From Candidatus Bathyarchaeota archaeon (GTDB taxonomy: Archaea; Thermoproteota; CALKCG01; B24; DRYS01), in the NCBI GenBank assembly GCA_025058595.1, contig JANXEK010000015.1:2648-34647 (forward strand): a DNA stretch of 32,000 nt, written 5' to 3'. This document shows positions 26,199 to 32,000 of this stretch, piece after piece; position 1 is the stretch's first letter, and each line of letters opens with the position of its first letter. Both the position numbers and the translations under genes were made by a program. The notes under the pieces are model-generated. The model did not search any database, was not told the origin of the DNA, and saw only the letters and a list, made by a program, of their open reading frames with translations.

Positions 26199-27252
26199 AG
26201 AGATAGATGAGCTCGATAAACGTATCGTAGAGCTTCTAGCTAGGAGGGTTTCGATAGCTAAAGCTATAGGCGAGGCTAAACGTAAAGAGAAGCTGTGTAT
26301 CGTAGATCTAGGTAGGGAGTGGGAGGTTCTCTCTAACGTTAGAATCGAATCTTTAAGGTTAGGTTTAAACCCTGACGCCGTGGTAGATGTCTATCGCAGG
26401 ATTATAGATCTATGTCGTTCCATTCAAAACCCGGTGAAGGTAGCTTTCCTAGGGCCTAGGGGTAGCTTCACAGAGGAGGCTGCTCGAAAATTCTTTCCGT
26501 CTGAGGGGTACGCTGAGTTTAAGGGGTATCCATCTATAAGGGATCTGTTTAGAGCTGTCGAAGAGGGGGAGGCAGATTACGGTGTAGCTCCCATCGAGAA
26601 CTCTATAGAGGGTAGTGTAAACGAGACTCTAGATCTACTCTTTGAAACCAAGCTTAAGATATGCGGGGAGCTTGAACATAGAGTAAGGCTTAACCTTATA
26701 GCTAAACCTGGGCTCAGGATAGAACATATCAAGGTTCTTATCAGTCATCCTCAAGCCATAAACCAGTGTAGAAGCTTCATAGCTAGGGTTCTCAGAGATG
26801 TAGAGATACGTGAAGCTGCAAGTACGAGTCAAGCTGTTAAGATAGCGTTAGAGAGCGAATATACCGCGGCTATAGGTTCGGAGCTCGCGGCTAAACTTTA
26901 TGGCGGCGAGATAATAGCTAAAGGTGTAGAGGATTACCGAAATAACTATACGAGGTTCTTCCTCCTAGGATGGGAGGATACCCCTCACATCGAAGGTTGT
27001 AAGACTTCGATAGTATTCTCTACGCCTCATAAACCTGGGGCTCTCTACAAAGCTCTATCCGTATTCGCTGAAAAGGGGATAAACCTAACTAAGATAGAAT
27101 CTCGTCCGATTAAAGAAAGGCCTTGGGAATATCTATTCTACGTAGATTTTGAAGGTCATAGGGAGGATGAGGTTTGCAAACAGGCTTTAGAATGTTTGAA
27201 GGAGAAGACTCTATTCGTGAAGATTCTAGGCTCCTACAGAAGGGTAGCTTAA
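26176..27252 (+). CDS. pheA: Bifunctional chorismate mutase / prephenate dehydratase (P-protein, with C-terminal ACT domain)
   Basis: 358 aa. The N-terminal AroQ-type helix is LEELRREIDELDKRIVELLARR. The PDT domain has VAFLGPRGSFTEEAA, IENSIEGSV and NYTRFF. The ACT region contains ESRP. Confidence 0.92.
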   Translation: MNLEELRREIDELDKRIVELLARRVSIAKAIGEAKRKEKLCIVDLGREWEVLSNVRIESLRLGLNPDAVVDVYRRIIDLCRSIQNPVKVAFLGPRGSFTEEAARKFFPSEGYAEFKGYPSIRDLFRAVEEGEADYGVAPIENSIEGSVNETLDLLFETKLKICGELEHRVRLNLIAKPGLRIEHIKVLISHPQAINQCRSFIARVLRDVEIREAASTSQAVKIALESEYTAAIGSELAAKLYGGEIIAKGVEDYRNNYTRFFLLGWEDTPHIEGCKTSIVFSTPHKPGALYKALSVFAEKGINLTKIESRPIKERPWEYLFYVDFEGHREDEVCKQALECLKEKTLFVKILGSYRRVA

Positions 27253-28046
27253 CGTTAGCGGTAGTAGGCTCAGGAGGGATGGGGCGCCTCCTATCGCGTC
27301 TACTTAAAGCTAGCGTATCTAAACTCATACTCGTGAGTAGAGATCCGGATAGAGCGAGAACTATAGCTAAACGTATAGGGGTTGATTGGGGTGGATACGA
27401 ATCTGTAGCGTACACCGATATATGCATAGTTACCGTTCCATCCCGTTTCGTCGTAGATACCGTATCGAAGATATCTCATAGATTAAAGGCTGGATCGGTG
27501 ATCGCCGATATATCATCGGTGAAAACGTATATCGTACCTGAGGTTCTTAAAATCTTACCAAATAATATCGAGTATATAAGCCTACACCCGCTCTTCGGTC
27601 CATCCGTCAGAAGATCGTCGAAGCTTAAGGTAGTGGTTATCCCCGTTAGGTATTCGGATGAATCTCTCGATAGACTCGTATCGCTGCTTAGAGGAGCTAA
27701 CCTTAACATAATCTTCTCCACGGTGGAGGAGCATGACCGCGTAATGTCTGTCATACAGTGTATCCATCATCTCTCATACATGACTCTGGCTTTAACCATG
27801 TTAGAATACGTTAATCCTGAGGATATAGCTAGGTATTCTACAGCCTCTTTAACCTACACGTTGAAGATGCTTAGAAGATTTAGAAGGATACTCGACGTCG
27901 TGAAGGAGATACAAGAGTTAAACCCATACTACGGTGAGTATAGGATAAGGTTTATCGAGTATGCTAGACTTCTAAGCTCGATGAGTGAGCAAACGTGGAA
28001 GATGCTTCGAGACGTATTGGATAGTTTATCGTCGATAGAAGTCTAG
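27174..28046 (+). CDS. tyrA: Prephenate dehydrogenase
   Basis: Up to 290 aa. It has the Rossmann loop LAVVGSGGMGRLL, DISSVK, HPLFGP and EHDRVMSVIQCIHH. Only two start codons lie upstream of the GxGxxG loop, TTG at 27174 and ATG at 27192. The gene therefore overlaps pheA out of frame by 79 or 61 nt. Confidence 0.85.
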   Translation: MQTGFRMFEGEDSIREDSRLLQKGSLTLAVVGSGGMGRLLSRLLKASVSKLILVSRDPDRARTIAKRIGVDWGGYESVAYTDICIVTVPSRFVVDTVSKISHRLKAGSVIADISSVKTYIVPEVLKILPNNIEYISLHPLFGPSVRRSSKLKVVVIPVRYSDESLDRLVSLLRGANLNIIFSTVEEHDRVMSVIQCIHHLSYMTLALTMLEYVNPEDIARYSTASLTYTLKMLRRFRRILDVVKEIQELNPYYGEYRIRFIEYARLLSSMSEQTWKMLRDVLDSLSSIEV

Positions 28047-28064
28047 TATGACGGGGTCCTGGCT

Positions 28065-29054
28065 TCACTCCTCTAAACCTGAAAGTTTACGAAGCCTCCT
28101 ACCTACGATTTCGATCGGATGGTTCTCTATCTCTGATAGAAGCTTTCTAAGGTTAGGCATACCAGCCTTATACTCTCTAATCCATTCCTCGGCATATCTA
28201 CCGCTCTTCACATACTCTACCGCTCTACGCATATTCTCCCTAACATTCTGATCTATAATCTTAGGTCCAACCGTTAAACCTCCATGCTTAGCTGTATCCG
28301 ATACGCTTCTAAGCATCTTCGTAAACCCACCTTCATATATGAGGTCGATTATAAGCTTAGCTTCGTTGCATGCTTCGAAATACGCTAGCTCCTCCGGATA
28401 CCCAGCTTCGACTAGAACTTCGAACCCATTCTTTATAAGCTCCAGGATACCTCCTACGAGGACGGTCTGCTCCCCTATAAGATCGCTCTCGGTTTCATCT
28501 CTAAACGTCGTCTCTATAACACCTGCTCTAGTGCATCCTAAAGCTTTAGCCATAGCTAAAACCTTACTCCAAGCCTCACCGGTATAATCTTGGTATACTG
28601 CTACTAACGCAGGTACACCGAATCCTTTAACGTATAGTTCACGAACTTTAGGCCCAGGAGCTTTAGGTGCGACCATAACTACATCTACATAATCTGGTGG
28701 AACGATCTGCTTGAAGTGTATATTGAATCCGTGAGCAAACCCTAAAGTCTTACCAGGTTCAAGACAACCCTCTATATACTCAACGTAAACCTGAGGTTGA
28801 ACCATATCCGGTATCAGTATATGTATAACGTCGGCTCTCCTACACGCTTCAGATATCGGGTATACATCGAATCCATCGCTAGACGCTAGCTTCCAAGATC
28901 CGCCTTCAGGTCTAACGCCTACTACCACCTTCAACCCGCTATCTCTGAAGTTTAAAGCTTGAGCTCTACCCTGACTTCCATATCCTATTACGGCTATCAG
29001 CCTATCTTTGAGAGGTTCTAGGGATACATCTTCATCTCTATAGACTCTAAGCAT
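28065..29054 (-). CDS. ilvC: Ketol-acid reductoisomerase (class I)
   Basis: 329 aa. Motifs are [41 protein letters not shown] and EQTVL.GG. Confidence 0.95.
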   Translation of the reverse strand: MLRVYRDEDVSLEPLKDRLIAVIGYGSQGRAQALNFRDSGLKVVVGVRPEGGSWKLASSDGFDVYPISEACRRADVIHILIPDMVQPQVYVEYIEGCLEPGKTLGFAHGFNIHFKQIVPPDYVDVVMVAPKAPGPKVRELYVKGFGVPALVAVYQDYTGEAWSKVLAMAKALGCTRAGVIETTFRDETESDLIGEQTVLVGGILELIKNGFEVLVEAGYPEELAYFEACNEAKLIIDLIYEGGFTKMLRSVSDTAKHGGLTVGPKIIDQNVRENMRRAVEYVKSGRYAEEWIREYKAGMPNLRKLLSEIENHPIEIVGRRLRKLSGLEE

Positions 29055-29066
29055 AGTACCATCCTC

Positions 29067-29990
29067 TCAACCTAGTTTCTTCTCCATGAAAATCTGGTAT
29101 GCCCTCACTAATACGGATTTAGCGGTAGCCACAACCTCCCTCGGATCCTGCCCCTCCTCCGGTCTAACCTCGAAGCTTATAGCACCTTTATAACCTATAT
29201 CGTATAAAACCTCCAATAGCCTCGCTACATCCCTCTCATCGTTTATAGCTCCAGGCCTATAGAAACCTGGATGTGTATCAAGTAGTTTTCCATCCACTCT
29301 CTTAGCACAGCCTATATGGATATGGCCTATAAGATCGCTATACCACTTCAACATCTCAGGCTCCTCATCTAGGAGTGGGCTATGGCTTAGATCCCATAGC
29401 AACGCTACATTGCTACACCTAGCTCTAACCTTCCTCAGAACATCTGCCGTATCGGTTAAACTTCCTATCAACCTCCTCCTATCCCATCTAGTATCGAAAC
29501 TTTCTAGGAGAATAGTCATACCATACTTAGATGCATAGGATGCAAGCTCTATCAGAGTATTCGCTAAAGCCTCCTTAGAATCCTCGATCGATCCCCCACT
29601 CGGATATGGTCCGGAGCATAAAGCTAGATACTTGATACCCCTCTCACCAGCTACCTTCACCCTACCCTTCAAAGCTTCAACCGCTCTACCCCTCTCAGAT
29701 TCATCTATAGACGATGGGTTCACACCTCTCGCGAGAATATCTGGTTGAACACCTACGGAGAAATCCATCCTATACCTATAACCCTCTAAGATTCTCCAAT
29801 CGTCGTCGCTCACATCGTAAAGCTCTACGAGGTCGAAGAACCTATCCTCGAGTATAGGCTTCAACTTCTCCGCGACACCTACATTCGTCCTCTGAAGCTC
29901 AGGGTAAACCATAAACCCCACTATCCCTATCCTCCACGGAAACTTAGAGATCAATTCCAACCCCTTCGCATAGATCGACGTATAGAACAT
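29067..29990 (-). CDS. Xylose-isomerase-like TIM-barrel protein (sugar-phosphate isomerase/epimerase family), function unknown
   Basis: The ORF opens at TTG 30011. However, the ATG at 29990 is preceded by GGAGGGTG with 7-nt spacing, so I prefer the 307-aa product starting MFYTSIY. The spaced Glu / Asp-x-x-His / His / Glu blocks (LLESFD, WDLSH, HIHIG, ISFEV) resemble the metal-site pattern of the AP-endonuclease-2/xylose-isomerase-like TIM-barrel family. This is a family-level call only. Confidence 0.7.
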   Translation of the reverse strand: MFYTSIYAKGLELISKFPWRIGIVGFMVYPELQRTNVGVAEKLKPILEDRFFDLVELYDVSDDDWRILEGYRYRMDFSVGVQPDILARGVNPSSIDESERGRAVEALKGRVKVAGERGIKYLALCSGPYPSGGSIEDSKEALANTLIELASYASKYGMTILLESFDTRWDRRRLIGSLTDTADVLRKVRARCSNVALLWDLSHSPLLDEEPEMLKWYSDLIGHIHIGCAKRVDGKLLDTHPGFYRPGAINDERDVARLLEVLYDIGYKGAISFEVRPEEGQDPREVVATAKSVLVRAYQIFMEKKLG

Positions 29991-30051
29991 ACACTTACAC
30001 CCTCCGCTCAACTATATCATAGCCTAGAAGATAAAGGTATATATGTAGAGC

Positions 30052-30555
30052 TCAGTCCAACGCTCTAGATCCTCTTTCTCCTCTAGCTAAAGCCGTTATA
30101 CCTGTTCGAGCTAGCTCCTTTATCCCGTACTGCCTCATGAGCTCTATGAACGCGTTTATCTTATTCGAACCGCCGGTAACCTCTATTACCATGCTATCCG
30201 AGGATACATCGACTATCCTTCCGCGGAATATCTGGGTATAGCTTACTATATCGCTTCTAGCCCTGGAATCTGCTACGTGAACTTTAACCAGTAATAACTC
30301 TCTTATCACACTCTCAGACGGGTTAAGCCTAGATATCCTAATAACCTCCACTATCTTCTGTAGCTGTTTAGCTACCTGTTCTATCGTAGTTTCATCACCC
30401 GTTACAACCATCGTTATCCTAGCTAAATCCGGGTTCTCGGTAGAACCTACAGATATACTCGATATATTGAATCCTCTACGCCTTATAAGATTCGTTATCT
30501 TAAACAGAACACCGGGTTTATGCTCTACTATCGCAGCTATTATATGCTCGCTCAT
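30052..30555 (-). CDS. ilvN: Acetolactate synthase small (regulatory) subunit
   Basis: 167 aa. It has an N-terminal ACT domain (VEHKPGVLFKITNLIRRRGFNISSISVG) and the C-terminal ALS_ss_C region. A strong GGAGGAGGTGA SD lies upstream, and ilvB is immediately upstream. Confidence 0.92.
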   Translation of the reverse strand: MSEHIIAAIVEHKPGVLFKITNLIRRRGFNISSISVGSTENPDLARITMVVTGDETTIEQVAKQLQKIVEVIRISRLNPSESVIRELLLVKVHVADSRARSDIVSYTQIFRGRIVDVSSDSMVIEVTGGSNKINAFIELMRQYGIKELARTGITALARGERGSRALD

Positions 30556-30564
30556 ATCGAGGTT

Positions 30565-32000
30565 TCACCTCCTCCAAATCATATCCTTCAACGATCCTCC
30601 AGGAGGTATCATCGGTAGAACATCCTCCTCGGGATCTATAAGCACATCTATCACGGTCGTTACATCGTTTCTCAAAGCATTGGTGAAAGCTTCCTTGAAA
30701 TCGTCTAAGTTCTCCACCTTCACGCCATCCGCACCGTAAGCCTCCGCGAGCTTCACGAAGTCGGGAATCCTACCGAGATGTACATGGCTATACCTTCTAC
30801 GATAAAATAGCCTCTGCCACTGCGCTACCATACCTAGTACACCGTTATTCAATACCACGACCGTTACAGGTATATCCTCTACTATCGATGTAGCTAGATC
30901 TTGCTCCGTCATCAGGAAGCTTCCATCTCCAGCTAGATCTACGACGGGTAGATCCGGTCTAGCTATCTTCGCTCCCATGGATGCTGGGAAGCCGAACCCC
31001 ATAGTCCCTAAGCCCCCCGACGTTATATATCCGCTAGGCATCAACGCTTTGAAGTGTAGGTATGCCCACATCTGATTCTGCCCGACCTCTGTAACCAGTA
31101 TAGAGTTACGAGGCATAAGTCGCCGCATCTCACGTATCACAGCTGGGGCTGTAAGCTTCCCACCCTCACACTCTAAGTATCCTTTAGCCGCCTCCACCGT
31201 CTCTTTCACACGTTTAATCCACTCAGATCTATTTATGTTGGATTTGGATGTACAGCATAATATCTCATCACGTATAGCGTTTAGAGCCTTCTTAGCATCG
31301 GCTACTATAGGTATATGAGCCCTGATATTCTTATTGATCTCAGCTGAATCTATATCTATATGAATTATCTTGGCTTCAGGGCAGAAGCTATCGAATCTAC
31401 CCGTAGTCCTATCAGAGAATCTGACGCCTACGGCTAGTATGACGTCTGCTTCGCATATAACCTTGTTAGCTACCCCTCCATGCATACCCACCCCGCCTAC
31501 GCAGAGCGGGTGATCCTCAGGTACGGTACCTTTACCCATAAGCGTCGTACCTATAGGCGCCTGTAGTAGCTCTGCTATAGCTATAAGCTCCATGTAAGCT
31601 CCGGATAATCTTACACCTCCTCCAGCTAGGATGAACGGTCTCTCGGCTTCTATCAGGAGTTTAGCCGCCTTCTTAACCTGTAATGGATGGGGTTCTAGCT
31701 TAGGATTATATCCTGGAAGCTTTACGTTCTCAGGGAACTCCATATCAGCCTCTAATTGTTGTACATCCCTAGGTAGATCTATGAGTACCGGTCCCGGTCT
31801 ACCCGTCGATGCTATATAGAACGCCTCCTTAACGACCCTAGGTATATCCTTCGCACTCCTAGGCTGGAAGCAATGCTTAGTTATCGGCGTCATTATACCT
31901 ACTACATCCGCTTCCTGGAAGGCATCCTTACCTATCATGCTCGTAGGAACCTGCCCTGTGATGGCTACCACAGGTGAAGAATCCATGTAAGCGGTAGCTA
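30565..32000 (-). CDS. ilvB: Acetolactate synthase large (catalytic) subunit, 5'-truncated by the window edge
   Basis: The reading frame stays open to nt 32000 (..ATAYMDSSPVVAITGQV). The ATG at 31986 is therefore internal, and roughly 90 N-terminal codons lie outside the window. The ThDP motif is GDGSF.M...EL.T......P.....LNN. Confidence 0.95.
   Translation of the reverse strand, partial: ATAYMDSSPVVAITGQVPTSMIGKDAFQEADVVGIMTPITKHCFQPRSAKDIPRVVKEAFYIASTGRPGPVLIDLPRDVQQLEADMEFPENVKLPGYNPKLEPHPLQVKKAAKLLIEAERPFILAGGGVRLSGAYMELIAIAELLQAPIGTTLMGKGTVPEDHPLCVGGVGMHGGVANKVICEADVILAVGVRFSDRTTGRFDSFCPEAKIIHIDIDSAEINKNIRAHIPIVADAKKALNAIRDEILCCTSKSNINRSEWIKRVKETVEAAKGYLECEGGKLTAPAVIREMRRLMPRNSILVTEVGQNQMWAYLHFKALMPSGYITSGGLGTMGFGFPASMGAKIARPDLPVVDLAGDGSFLMTEQDLATSIVEDIPVTVVVLNNGVLGMVAQWQRLFYRRRYSHVHLGRIPDFVKLAEAYGADGVKVENLDDFKEAFTNALRNDVTTVIDVLIDPEEDVLPMIPPGGSLKDMIWRR

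Noticed and set aside
1-32000. A scan for CRISPR arrays, IS elements, integrases, terminal inverted repeats, defence genes and rRNA/tRNA genes.
   Set aside because: No regularly spaced direct repeats, no transposase- or integrase-like ORFs and no large unassigned ORFs were found. Apart from the two tiny ORFs at 16570-17080, every ORF longer than 250 nt that is not a shadow of a longer gene has at least a family-level assignment, though the EamA transporter and the TIM-barrel gene have no known substrate.

Overview
This window is an archaeal chromosomal core region. Gene content and order suggest a TACK/Thermoproteota-like lineage, and codon use is heavy in ATA, AGG, AGA and CTA. From left to right it contains:
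- an ADP-ribosylglycohydrolase-family gene convergent with a stand-alone form III RuBisCO;
- the canonical archaeal transcription/translation cluster rpoH-rpoB-rpoA-rpl30e-nusA-rps12-rps7, followed by tuf-rps10-pth2;
- an EamA-type transporter;
- deoxyhypusine synthase;
- two tiny uncharacterised ORFs;
- a tightly packed 11-gene, 10.9-kb operon, ask-asd-aroA'-aroB'-aroD-aroE-aroK-aroA-aroC-pheA-tyrA, which is the aspartate-semialdehyde route to aromatic amino acids;
- a convergent ilvB(partial)-ilvN-[TIM-barrel isomerase-like gene]-ilvC operon.

I found no rRNA, tRNA, CRISPR array, transposase, integrase or recognisable defence gene. I do not see a convincing novel multi-gene system, because the region is mostly housekeeping. 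The points most worth a second look are:
- an unsplit 1282-codon rpoA, where most archaea have separate A' and A'' genes;
- ask-asd physically fused to the non-canonical aroA'/aroB' shikimate entry genes;
- an uncharacterised xylose-isomerase-like TIM-barrel gene inserted inside the ilv operon;
- a pair of tiny ORFs (a Cys-rich possibly AbrB-like protein and a 2-TM protein) driven from a TATA box shared with dys;
- clear CTAG enrichment in the stretches I hand-counted.

All functional calls rest on motif recognition by eye. No database search was run.
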